Shown in pieces: positions 20,401 to 29,479 of a DNA stretch of 39,484 nucleotides; within the stretch, counting starts at the first letter, position 1; each line of letters starts with the position of its first letter. The position numbers and the translations under genes are program-made. The notes beneath the pieces are model-generated. The model saw only the letters and a program-made list of their open reading frames with translations, was not told where the DNA came from and did no database searches. Location of the stretch: sequence record DRR723986_22298. One strand, 5' to 3'.

Positions 20401-21616
20401 AAATAGTCAGCAAGCTATTTTTGACCCGGATAAGCTGGAGAAAATCATCTTCAATTTGCTATCAAATGCGTTCAAATTCACGCCAGAAGATGGTGGGATC
20501 ACTGTTACATTAGAACTTCAACAGGAGAATGAAGAATTGGCGATTTTGAGTCTATCAGTTTCGGATACTGGAATAGGGATTTCCCTAGAAGATCAACATA
20601 AGATCTTCGACAGATTCTATACTACGGAGGGGCACAAGCAGCAACTCAACCAAGGGAGTGGTATTGGTTTGTCTCTAGTTCAGGATTTCGCCAGGACGAT
20701 GAATGGTGAAATCCGAGTAGAGAGCGAACCTGGTTTGGGCTCCGTATTCACCTTGAGTATTCCTATTAATCTGATTATCCAAGAAAATTGGGAGGAAGTA
20801 GAGGACGACGATCACGTGATTGAAAGAGCCAACCAAAAAGATTTGATCCTGATAGCGGAAGATCATGTGGAATTTAGGAATTATCTTAAAGAATGTCTTT
20901 CGGACTCCTATCAGGTTCTTACCGCTACTAATGGAGCTCAAGGCTGGGATTTGGCACAGCAGCATATACCAGATTTGATCATTTCTGATGTGATGATGCC
21001 TCAGATGGATGGCAAGGAGTTTTGTCAAAAAGTAAAAACTGACATTAAAACCTCTCATATCCCTGTAATCTTGCTCACAGCTAAAAAATCCGAGGAAACG
21101 ATGGTTCAGGGATTAGATAGTGGCTGTAATCTTTATTTGACGAAACCTTTTAATCTTGAAGTATTACAGCTAAGTATCAAGAACCTTTTACGGGAGCGAA
21201 ATATCATCCAGGAACAAAACAGGAATAAAATTCAGATCAATGCATCAGAGGTAAACGTAACTTCTCTTGACGATCAATTAATTCTAAAGGCGGTTGCATT
21301 GGTAGAAAAGTACATGGAAGACCCTCAGCTATCTGTAGAATTCCTTAGTAAGGAATTGGGAATGAGTAGGGTGCATTTGTACAAAAAACTGCAATCCATC
21401 ACCGGGAAGAGTCCTATAGAATTTATCAGGCTCATCCGATTAAAACGCGCTTCTCAATTACTTGCTAAAAGTCAACTGAATGTTTCTGAGATTGCATATA
21501 TGGTTGGGTATAATAATGCGAAATATTTTGCAAAGCATTTTAAGGCCGAGTTTTCAATTCTTCCATCTGAATATGCTGCCCGTCAGCAGGAAATAACTAC
21601 TGAACAATCACAATAA
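17498..21616 (+). CDS. Hybrid two-component system sensor-regulator (HTCS)
   Basis: Reg_prop propeller repeats (W.GT..G), Y_Y_Y domain, transmembrane segment after APFWKT, SHEFRTPL H-box, NLLSNAFKF, GSGIGL, receiver SDVMMP, AraC HTH. Start is TTG 17498 or ATG 17507. Confidence 0.96.
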   Translation: MSCMKGIVVFGIACLFMLWAGPVSAQDEVEKLVFRNLDENLGLSNSNILSIIRDANGMMWYGTAYGLYRYDGTRTKVFLNTKDSTSISHNNIHRLFVGPNDKLWIKNVNGIFDIYNPENEQFSRGVKVFSSVYHLASDSVGMLMKDRQNRFWFTHPSKGISIYDQDSGKTVYVQKSNEIGSLFSNQIVAVGEAPDGLIWVVHQTGVIDLLDPNRLIVTKTLKLPKDEIPTVANYEMTIDSDGDAWIYDPDRDLGVFRVDGFTHEVQVNQEDRGNYRLNNNMVKSVVEAKKGQIWLGTDHGGINVIDKSSRKVKYLTGENALDNTMPHNVIYSLYKDNEDIIWVGTHKKGVAYYHQGLLRFSHVRKNFSDLNSLPFNDVNAFAEDSLGNLYIGTNGGGLYYHDRKSNTYKHYKHDPESKNSLIGDVIVDLMIDREGVLWIGTYLNGLGSFDGKEFKNYQYQPDKQAGIPGPSIWKLFEDSTGKIWIGTLRSGISMLDKERKVFHNYPAGSAPFYPNNQYITGFAEDKLGNIWISGGSGINVLNYETGENGFYSETEGNGLVDSNTTDLFMDKEGVLWVTSMTGLYYFNTSDSSFVHYGEEEGLPTSYLVDLLEDDDHNFWISSQMGLIFAEINRNVEPYSIAFQNFDQKDGLQAALFNKNSAIRTSKDEFIFGGPNGYNIFKSENFAFERNNPAVVFTDFQLFNEEVKVGDILSNRVLLPKSLENMDRLVLRHDENIFSIGFSALNFLYPEKNKYRYKLIGFNDDWIYLNDDLAKVTFTNLDPGNYTLVVQPGTVLDGWSLHEYKLDIKILAPFWKTPIAYFLYFIVIVAIIFYFRNQLISRQREKFDREQAMQEAKRVQDLDRLKTKFFTNLSHEFRTPLSLILTPTEHLISETDDVGLLGQYKIIQRNARRLLKLINQLLDVKNVEKGGLVFHPSEGDIVQFIKECVADFHELSENKHIHLSFETNKNSQQAIFDPDKLEKIIFNLLSNAFKFTPEDGGITVTLELQQENEELAILSLSVSDTGIGISLEDQHKIFDRFYTTEGHKQQLNQGSGIGLSLVQDFARTMNGEIRVESEPGLGSVFTLSIPINLIIQENWEEVEDDDHVIERANQKDLILIAEDHVEFRNYLKECLSDSYQVLTATNGAQGWDLAQQHIPDLIISDVMMPQMDGKEFCQKVKTDIKTSHIPVILLTAKKSEETMVQGLDSGCNLYLTKPFNLEVLQLSIKNLLRERNIIQEQNRNKIQINASEVNVTSLDDQLILKAVALVEKYMEDPQLSVEFLSKELGMSRVHLYKKLQSITGKSPIEFIRLIRLKRASQLLAKSQLNVSEIAYMVGYNNAKYFAKHFKAEFSILPSEYAARQQEITTEQSQ

Positions 21617-21754
21617 GCTAACTTATCCCTAGTAAAACCTGCCTCGGGGCTATTTTTTTCAGAATTAGGTTTACACAAAGTTGAATTGAATCTATTTATT
21701 GCTGATTCAATTTCGACCAGAGGGGAGGCTGGAAAGCGCAAAATTCAATTCACT

Positions 21755-21820
21755 TAACGATCATTACCCATATTGGTAACAATCAATACCCATGATTGAA
21801 TATAGGTAGGTGTATAATTG
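21755..21820 (+). promoter_or_regulatory. Putative HTCS operator (tandem direct repeat) and -7-like element of the GH5 promoter
   Basis: TAACGATCATTACCCAT (21755) and TAACAATCAATACCCAT (21777), 22-bp period, then TATAATTG at 21813-21820. Confidence 0.65.
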
Positions 21821-21844
21821 GACATCAATTAACAACCCTAACTA

Positions 21845-22843
21845 ATGAAAAAACTCCTAATTATAGCAGGATTGATTTTATCATCATGCACAGAAGCGTC
21901 AGCGCCTGACCCAGTTCCGACGCCTCCAGTTTCTAACCCAGATCCAAGGGGCGAAGTCAAATTTTTTGGACAGCTTAAAGTGACTGATGGCAAATTAACA
22001 GACGGTAGTGGATCAGCAGTGATGCTTCGGGGGGTAAGCTTTGGATGGCATAATTGGTGGCCAAGATTTTATAATGCTTCAGCTGTAAAGTGGCTGAAAA
22101 GCGACTGGAATACCAATTTGGTGAGAGCAGCAATGGGAGTGGACCCTGCTGGTGCCTATCTGGAAAACCCTGAGTTTGCCCTTCAAAAAATAAAAGCTGT
22201 AGTAGAGGCTGCCATTGCAGAGGACATCTATGTGATCGTTGATTGGCATAGTCATGACTTGTATCCTGAGCAGGCTAAGGAATTTTTTGCGGAAATGGCG
22301 CAAACCTATGGCGAAAATCCCCACGTGATTTATGAGCTTTTCAATGAGCCGGATTATGAAACCTGGGCCGAAGTGAAAGCTTACAGTGAAGAGATTATTA
22401 CTGAAATCAGGAAATATGATCCAGATAATTTGATTTTGGTAGGATCTCCTACCTGGAGTCAGGATATACATTTGGTAGCAGAAAACCCCATTCAAAATCA
22501 GGAAAATCTTATGTATGTTCTTCATTTCTATGCTGCGACGCACAAGGACTATTTGAGAGACCGTGCGGAGAAAGCCTTTCAGGCAGGTCTTCCAATTTTC
22601 GTGTCTGAGTGTGCAGGCATGGAAGCTACCGGTGATGGACCTATTGATGCAGCCTCTTGGGCGAGTTGGTTGAATTGGATGGAAAGTAGAAAAATTTCCT
22701 GGGCAGCCTGGTCCATAGCTGATAAAGATGAGACTTGTTCCATGTTACTACCAGTAACTTCCTCAGAAGGAGAGTGGAAAGAATCTCAAATAAAGCCTTG
22801 GGGGGCAGTGGTTAGAAATGCACTTAAAAAGAATTTGGAATAG
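21845..22843 (+). CDS. GH5 endo-beta-1,4-glucanase-like lipoprotein (GH5_2-like)
   Basis: Lipobox LSSC, Pro-rich linker, LRGVS, IVDWH, NEP acid/base, HFYAATH, FVSE nucleophile, WAAWS. Confidence 0.88.
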   Translation: MKKLLIIAGLILSSCTEASAPDPVPTPPVSNPDPRGEVKFFGQLKVTDGKLTDGSGSAVMLRGVSFGWHNWWPRFYNASAVKWLKSDWNTNLVRAAMGVDPAGAYLENPEFALQKIKAVVEAAIAEDIYVIVDWHSHDLYPEQAKEFFAEMAQTYGENPHVIYELFNEPDYETWAEVKAYSEEIITEIRKYDPDNLILVGSPTWSQDIHLVAENPIQNQENLMYVLHFYAATHKDYLRDRAEKAFQAGLPIFVSECAGMEATGDGPIDAASWASWLNWMESRKISWAAWSIADKDETCSMLLPVTSSEGEWKESQIKPWGAVVRNALKKNLE

Positions 22844-22950
22844 ACTAGAGATAGACAGAAATAAAATAAATCTCTTTGATCTAATTTTTCAGCCATTGAA
22901 ACTGAAGATAATAGCCTAAAAACCTTGATTTCAATCGATTTCATAAAGGT

Positions 22951-23016
22951 TAACATTTGATACCCCTAATAAAAACATTTGAATACCCTATGCAGAAATA
23001 AGTCAAACTACATTTA
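22951..23016 (+). promoter_or_regulatory. Putative HTCS operator (tandem direct repeat) and -7-like element of the susC promoter
   Basis: TAACATTTGATACCC (22951) and AAACATTTGAATACCC (22973), then TACATTTA at 23009-23016; same layout as upstream of GH5. Confidence 0.62.
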
Positions 23017-23270
23017 TTCGGATCAAAAAAATAAACCCAAAAACCTGATCTAATTTCTCAACTATTGAATTTTTCAAAATTCAATTCGTACTGAATAGTT
23101 AAGTTCAGTATTAGGAATTCATCTCAGTTTTTGGTGTTTGTAGCTAAGATTTTTAAACAAAACCCAAACTGAATGAAGCATATCAATCTATTACAACCTT
23201 CACAATTTGCCTTGGGAATACCTTTTCCCGCTCAAAACCTATATACCAATTTCTTACAATTAAACCCCTC

Positions 23271-26200
23271 ATGATGAAAAAACTATTACCGATTTGGCTC
23301 ATGCTTCTGGTAGGTGTAGTTCAGGCTCAAGTTACGGTCACTGGTACCGTAAAATCTGAAGCTGATGGACTTGCTTTACCAGGTGTAACAGTGCTGGTGA
23401 AAGGAACCACCACTGGTGTAGCAACTGAAGTTGATGGAACGTATGCAATTACGGCTCCTTCTTCACAATCTGTCCTGGTCTATAGCTTTATTGGCTATAA
23501 GTCTCAGGAAGTAGTAGTAGGTAACCAATCTACAATAAACATTACCCTGGAAGAAGATATGGCTTCTCTGGATGAAGTTGTGGTAGTAGGTTATGGTACT
23601 ATGAAAAAACGTGATATGTCAAGTGCACAGGTTTCTGTGACTTCTGAAGATATAGAGCGTACGGTCAATACAACCATAGAGCAAGCCCTTCAAGGTCGAG
23701 CTGCCGGCGTGTATGTCACTCAAAATACAGGTGCTCCTGGAGGAGGGATATCAGTAAATATTAGGGGTATCAACTCCATCAGTGGAACTAATCAGCCTTT
23801 GTATGTAATCGATGGTGTACAAATTCAGCCTTCTGCTGTTTCTTATGGTAATACCTCATCTACAAATCCTTTGGCAGGTTTGAATCCAAGTGATATAGAA
23901 TCAATGGAAGTTCTTCAAGGTCCTTCAGCAACAGCAATCTATGGTTCTAGAGGTACAAACGGTGTGATTATGATTACTACAAAACGTGGTAAATCTGGCG
24001 AAACCAAAATCTCTTACAACTACCTATATACGCTACAGGATAAGCCTGAGAATCTAGAGGTGATGTCATTGAGTCAATATGCAACTATGACTAATGATAT
24101 TCGCGAAATAACAGGTGGTGAACCACCTGCGGCATTCCTAGACCCTTCAATTTTAGGTGAAGGAACCAACTGGCAAGATGCGCTCTTCAAAACTGCGCCC
24201 TTGAATAAGCATAATATCACCCTAACTGGTGGTGATGAAAAAACCCAGTTTTTCATCTCCGGTGAATACTTCAATCAGGAAGGTGTCGCGATAGGATCTT
24301 CATTTGATCGTTATTCTATCAGAACGAATATCGACAACCAGACAAGAAAATGGTTGAAGCTTGGTTTAAACCTTCAGCTTTTCCACACGGATGAGCAATT
24401 GGCAACCGGTAGCTCTGATGTGATTAACAATGCGATTCAAATGGCTCCAAATGTACCAGTTACCAATCCTGATGGATCTTGGGGTGGTGCGGATCCTGTC
24501 AATGGATCTAGCTTGCAGTTTACGCCAGCTAACCCAATCGCTTTGGCTAACCTTTTGGATAGAAGTTACAAAAGAAGAGGCGCTCAGGGTGGTTTCAATG
24601 TTGAGATTGATATAGTGAAAGGTTTGAAGTTCAGAACTATGGTGAACACAAACATCAACTATAATAATGGACACTTCTTTACACCTACCTACACATTGGG
24701 TGTAGTGACTAATGATACAAATACACTTTCTCAGGAATCCAGCAATAGCTTTTACTGGAACTGGAATCAGATGTTGACTTACAGCGCAGTTTGGGGCAAG
24801 CATGCCTTAGACGTGATGGCATCTCACGAAGCACAAGAATCTCAGTACGAGTTTATGAATGCGGGTAGAGTAAACTTCCCGTCAAATGATCTGCAGGAAC
24901 TGGGTCTTGGTTCAGCTCAAGGTGCTACCAATAGTGGTGGAGCCAGTCACTGGGCTATGGAATCTTACTTTGCGAGAGCAAATTATACCTTCAATGAAAA
25001 GTATATCTTATTAGGTGCATTCAGAGCAGATGGATCTGCGAATTTCGGCCCTGAGAATCGTTGGGGTTATTTCCCTTCTGTATCCGCAGCATGGAGAGTT
25101 TCTGAAGAAAGCTTCTTGCAGAATGCTACATGGATGGATGAATTGAAAATTAGATTCGAAACAGGTCTTACAGGTAACCAAGGTGATGCGGGTGCTATTT
25201 TCGCCCCTTTAAGCTCTCCAAGTATTCCTACTCCTTGGGGTGGTGGATTCCTGGTTTCCAGATTCGGTAATCCAAACTTGAAATGGGAAGAAACTTCTAC
25301 TGTGAACTTGGGTTTCAACTTGAACATGTTCAACAATAGAATCCAAGTTGAAGGTGATTTCTACTTGAAGAAAACTGATAACCTGCTTTTGCCTAATCCA
25401 CTACCTTGGTACATGGGTACATCGGCTGAAGGAAGTATAGGTACGCCAACAGTTAATATCGGTGCCTTGGAAAACAGAGGTTACGGTATCACGATCAACA
25501 CGATCAATATCGATAATAGAGCAAGTGGATTCTCATGGAGTTCCAATTACAACTTCTCAGGATTCCAGACTGAAGTAACCAAATTCTTCTCTGAATCTGC
25601 TTTTATCGATCGTACAGCGTGGTGGTTGAATAATTTTACAGCTAGAGCGCAGCCTGGTTTTGCACCTTGGTTATTCTACGGATATCAAGCTGATGGCTTG
25701 TTCCAAACTATTGAGGAAGTAGAATCTTCTCCAAGACCAGTAGACAACTCTGGAAATCCTATTCAAGTAGATCAGAATAACGGAATCTATGTAGGTGATA
25801 TTAAGTACAAGGATCTGAATGACGATGGAGTAATTGATGAGCGTGACCAGACTTTCATCGGTAATCCTTGGCCAAAATTTACCTTTGGTATGACTCAGCA
25901 ATTCACCTACAAAGGATTCGCACTTGATGTGTTGTTTACAGGAGCAATTGGAGTAGATATCTATAACTACAACAGATTCCTGAACATCAACCCAAACAAT
26001 GTAAACTTGGGTAGAAACATGCTGTTGGAAACCTACGATTATGCAAGAATTGAAATGGATCAATCAGGTAATCCTTTTATTGCCAATGCAGGAACAGAAG
26101 TGCCAAGAATTACCGGTACAGACCTCAATGGTAACGGAACTAGAATCTCAGATAAGTTTGTAGAAGATGGTTCCTATGTAAGGATTAAAAATATCAACCT

Positions 26201-26432
26201 TTCTTATGTGGTTCCTAATGAATTGTTAGGAAAACAAAATATTGTTAGAGGTCTTAAGGTAGCCTTCGGTGTCCAAAATGCATACACATTTACCAAATAC
26301 AAAGGATACGACCCAGAGGTAGGTGCTTCAGTAGGTAATAACGTGTCAGCAGGTAACCAATTGATCGGTGTTGACTACGGTAGATACCCACAAACCAGAA
26401 TGTATACGTTCAGCTTAGGTGTTGACTTCTAA
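23271..26432 (+). CDS. susC: SusC/RagA family TonB-dependent transporter
   Basis: N-terminal CarboxypepD-like domain, LDEVVVVGYG, PLYVIDG, TAIYGSRGTNGVIMITTKRG plug, LKWEET, terminal Phe. Confidence 0.97.
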   Translation: MMKKLLPIWLMLLVGVVQAQVTVTGTVKSEADGLALPGVTVLVKGTTTGVATEVDGTYAITAPSSQSVLVYSFIGYKSQEVVVGNQSTINITLEEDMASLDEVVVVGYGTMKKRDMSSAQVSVTSEDIERTVNTTIEQALQGRAAGVYVTQNTGAPGGGISVNIRGINSISGTNQPLYVIDGVQIQPSAVSYGNTSSTNPLAGLNPSDIESMEVLQGPSATAIYGSRGTNGVIMITTKRGKSGETKISYNYLYTLQDKPENLEVMSLSQYATMTNDIREITGGEPPAAFLDPSILGEGTNWQDALFKTAPLNKHNITLTGGDEKTQFFISGEYFNQEGVAIGSSFDRYSIRTNIDNQTRKWLKLGLNLQLFHTDEQLATGSSDVINNAIQMAPNVPVTNPDGSWGGADPVNGSSLQFTPANPIALANLLDRSYKRRGAQGGFNVEIDIVKGLKFRTMVNTNINYNNGHFFTPTYTLGVVTNDTNTLSQESSNSFYWNWNQMLTYSAVWGKHALDVMASHEAQESQYEFMNAGRVNFPSNDLQELGLGSAQGATNSGGASHWAMESYFARANYTFNEKYILLGAFRADGSANFGPENRWGYFPSVSAAWRVSEESFLQNATWMDELKIRFETGLTGNQGDAGAIFAPLSSPSIPTPWGGGFLVSRFGNPNLKWEETSTVNLGFNLNMFNNRIQVEGDFYLKKTDNLLLPNPLPWYMGTSAEGSIGTPTVNIGALENRGYGITINTINIDNRASGFSWSSNYNFSGFQTEVTKFFSESAFIDRTAWWLNNFTARAQPGFAPWLFYGYQADGLFQTIEEVESSPRPVDNSGNPIQVDQNNGIYVGDIKYKDLNDDGVIDERDQTFIGNPWPKFTFGMTQQFTYKGFALDVLFTGAIGVDIYNYNRFLNINPNNVNLGRNMLLETYDYARIEMDQSGNPFIANAGTEVPRITGTDLNGNGTRISDKFVEDGSYVRIKNINLSYVVPNELLGKQNIVRGLKVAFGVQNAYTFTKYKGYDPEVGASVGNNVSAGNQLIGVDYGRYPQTRMYTFSLGVDF

Positions 26433-26450
26433 TCCAAAAATCATAAACAA

Positions 26451-28115
26451 ATGAAAACAAACACGAAATTCCATAAAATAGTCCTTGGAGCTACTTTGCT
26501 ACTTGGAGGAATTGTGGGCTGTTCAGAAGATTTCTTGGATAGACCCCCATTGGACGCAATCGTAGATGCTAACTTCTATAAAACGGACGATCAAATATTA
26601 GCAGCTTCTGCGCCATTATATAACATTGTATGGTTTGCCTACAATGATAAAGCCAGCCATGGTATTGGTGACGCGAGAGGTGGTACACTTACCTCAGGAT
26701 CGTACCAGCTAGAAAATGTGCGATTCAATACGACTGGTGAGACTGCCGAAAACGGTGCCTCATGGAGAGCTTTCTATAATGTAGTAGCTCAGTCCAACTC
26801 ATTAATAAATAACATTGATGCTTTCGTAGGTGAAAATGTGACAGAGCGAATCAAAAATCATGGTATCGCAGAAGGTAGATTCATGAGAGGTTTGGCTTAT
26901 TCTTACCTGGTACAAAACTGGGGTCCAGTTCCGATCATTACGAATAATACGACTCTTCTACAGGATACTACAATCGCAAGAAATACTGAGGAGTCTGTAT
27001 GGCAATTCATCATCAAAGACTTCCGCTATGCAGTGGAAAATCTGCCAGAGAGTCCCGTTCAAACTGGACGTTTGACTAAATGGTCCGCTGAAGGTATGCT
27101 GGCAAAAATGTACTTAACCAAAGCAGGTGTTGGGGGAACGAGAAACCAGTCAGACCTTGATTCTGCTGCTTACTTCGCTAAGCGAGTGATCGATAATTCA
27201 GGAGCTTCATTGCTTGAAAACTATGAGGACCTGTTCAAAACGGCAAACAATAACAATGTAGAGACACTTGCAGCCTTACAATGGACCTACAATGCAGGTC
27301 AAGCTGGCGCATGGGGAGCACAAAACTCAGTACAGGCTTTCTTAGCTTTCGGTTCTGAAATCACCGGTTTCGGTGACGGATGGGGAGGAGATATTGGAGC
27401 TTCCAAATGGATGCTAGATCTATACGATGATTTGGTGTTTGACGAAAGAAGAAAAGGAACCTTCATGTTCCCTGGTGATCATTATTCATACATTACTCAA
27501 GTGCCTCCTGGAGGTTCTGCGCAAGAGCTGAGAGTTCCTGCTAGAGGTTCAGAAGGTGGCAGAGATTATAATTCTCGTGCATGGGTAAAGAAATATGTGG
27601 TTGGACGTCCTGAGGATAACGCAGGCAAAGTTGTTCAGCAAGGCACAGAGATCAATACCTACATTTTGAGGCTGGCAGATGTTTACTTGACTTATGCTGA
27701 AGCTATTTTGGGGAAAAACCCTGCAGAAGCCCTTAAATATGTGAACATGGTAAGAGCAAGAGCTGGTGTGAGCCCGCTTACATCTGTGACATGGCAAGAT
27801 GTATTTGAGGAGCGAATCAAAGAATTTGCAATGGAAGGTCAAGCATGGTATGAATTTACCAAACTGCACTATTATGATCCAGCAAAGGCTTACGATATCC
27901 TTTCTAACCAAGATAGAGGAACATTCAGAGTCTATGCCGATAAAATTCCGGATCCTACTCTTTGGGAAATTGAAATTCCTGACAGCGATACATCTCCAAG
28001 ATATTTTGATGTAAACGCATCGAATTTCTTAATTCCAATTCCTTCAGCAGAATTGTCTAGAGCTCCAAACTTGAGAAAGCCTGCTGTACCGTATGATTTC
28101 TCAGCAGAAAATTAA
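26451..28115 (+). CDS. susD: SusD/RagB family glycan-binding lipoprotein
   Basis: Lipobox VGC-SEDFLD, AEGRFMRGLAY, WGPVP, LRLADVYLTYAEA, VRARAG, ERIKEFAMEG. Confidence 0.95.
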   Translation: MKTNTKFHKIVLGATLLLGGIVGCSEDFLDRPPLDAIVDANFYKTDDQILAASAPLYNIVWFAYNDKASHGIGDARGGTLTSGSYQLENVRFNTTGETAENGASWRAFYNVVAQSNSLINNIDAFVGENVTERIKNHGIAEGRFMRGLAYSYLVQNWGPVPIITNNTTLLQDTTIARNTEESVWQFIIKDFRYAVENLPESPVQTGRLTKWSAEGMLAKMYLTKAGVGGTRNQSDLDSAAYFAKRVIDNSGASLLENYEDLFKTANNNNVETLAALQWTYNAGQAGAWGAQNSVQAFLAFGSEITGFGDGWGGDIGASKWMLDLYDDLVFDERRKGTFMFPGDHYSYITQVPPGGSAQELRVPARGSEGGRDYNSRAWVKKYVVGRPEDNAGKVVQQGTEINTYILRLADVYLTYAEAILGKNPAEALKYVNMVRARAGVSPLTSVTWQDVFEERIKEFAMEGQAWYEFTKLHYYDPAKAYDILSNQDRGTFRVYADKIPDPTLWEIEIPDSDTSPRYFDVNASNFLIPIPSAELSRAPNLRKPAVPYDFSAEN

Positions 28116-28145
28116 TTTGTGGACTTACATTGAAATGCTAAACAT

Positions 28146-29414
28146 ATGAAAATATTTAATAATATAAGATCCTCACACTCAATGCTAGTAGCCTCAGCGC
28201 TACTTATGGTACTTGCACTTGGTGCATGTACTGAGGAGGATGAAATTAATGTTGGACCTCCAACTATTGAGCGGGTTAGAAATACAGATCCAACCACGGC
28301 AGATAGTGCATTTACTTCTGCTACCTTAGGAAGTACCTTGGCAATTTTGGGAAATAATCTATTGGGTACCCAGCAAGTGTATCTGAATGACTACCCACTG
28401 GGAGTGAATACTGCTTACGTCACTAATAATACTGTGATCGTAACGGTAGGCGACTCAGTACCAACTGTAGCTACTAATCCAAATGTCCCAAATACATTGC
28501 GATTGGTGAATAAGGCTGGTGAAGCGATTATGGAATTCCAAACACTTCCTCCAGCACCTCAGATCACACAGGTTAAAAATCAGTACGTAAAAGCAGGGGA
28601 TGACTTGACTCTATTTGGCAGATATTTCTACTTCGTGGATACAGTTTATTTCCCAGGTGAAGACGCTTTTGTGACTACTGGTATCACTACCAACGCTGCA
28701 GGGTCTTCCCTAACAGTCAAAGTTCCTGATAATTTGGACTTTTCAGAAGGACAAACCATCAGAGTGGTAACTAAGTCAGGAGGTTCAGCAACCAATAGAA
28801 ATACGCAGATTTATGCTGACAGAGGAATGGTTGCCGACTTTGATACCAATGGCGCATTAGAATGGCCTTGGAATTGGGGATGGGGTATATCCGGTGAGAT
28901 GATTCTCCCTTCTCAGCCAGGTATTTCCGGTTTAGACGGAAATTTCGGAGGAATGAATCAGGCATTTCCGGCAAATTATGGATGGAATAATGACAAGGTA
29001 ATCAATCTTACAAATTGGGGCGGTGTACAAATTTTCCCTGAAGGTGAAGGTTATGAACCAAGTACCCCAGCCACTAATTATGATATTCGTTTTGAGGTAG
29101 CAATCAATACCACAGCCTCTATAGCTGGTTTGGAGATGCAAATCTGGTATCCAGATAGCCAAGGCAATGAATTGAGCTATAACATCCCTTTAAGCGATTT
29201 TATTAAAACTACTGATGGTAGCTGGCATACTTTGTCTGCTAATATGACTCGATTAACAAATGGATCTACTCGATTGAATACCTATGGTGACTTCTTGAAA
29301 GGAGACGGTGGTGGAGTTAAGCAGTTGAGATTGGTAGTTATCAATACCACTTCAAATGATATTCAAGCAGTATTAGGAGTGGATAATGTTCGAGTGGTTA
29401 GAGCAGTAAATTAA
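28146..29414 (+). CDS. Surface glycan-binding lipoprotein (SGBP-B-like: Ig/IPT domains plus an aromatic-rich C-terminal domain)
   Basis: Lipobox LGAC-TEEDE, two IPT-like segments (PTIERV...LGNNL; PQITQV...GRYF), WPWNWGWG motif, position right after susD. Confidence 0.78.
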   Translation: MKIFNNIRSSHSMLVASALLMVLALGACTEEDEINVGPPTIERVRNTDPTTADSAFTSATLGSTLAILGNNLLGTQQVYLNDYPLGVNTAYVTNNTVIVTVGDSVPTVATNPNVPNTLRLVNKAGEAIMEFQTLPPAPQITQVKNQYVKAGDDLTLFGRYFYFVDTVYFPGEDAFVTTGITTNAAGSSLTVKVPDNLDFSEGQTIRVVTKSGGSATNRNTQIYADRGMVADFDTNGALEWPWNWGWGISGEMILPSQPGISGLDGNFGGMNQAFPANYGWNNDKVINLTNWGGVQIFPEGEGYEPSTPATNYDIRFEVAINTTASIAGLEMQIWYPDSQGNELSYNIPLSDFIKTTDGSWHTLSANMTRLTNGSTRLNTYGDFLKGDGGGVKQLRLVVINTTSNDIQAVLGVDNVRVVRAVN

Positions 29415-29446
29415 ATAGTATAGCATAAGAGGTTTATTAATTCAAT

Positions 29447-29479
29447 CTCCGGGGCAGAGTGTTCTGTCTCGGAGTTTTT
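29447..29479 (+). terminator. Intra-PUL Rho-independent terminator after the SGBP gene
   Basis: CTCCGGGGCAGA-gtgt-TCTGTCTCGGAG followed by TTTTT. Confidence 0.75.

Noticed and set aside
21682..21752. TGAATTGAAT(C) able to pair with either 21704-21712 or 21743-21752, a possible RNA switch
   Set aside because: Low-complexity AT-rich arms upstream of the predicted GH5 promoter; no terminator/antiterminator logic evident.
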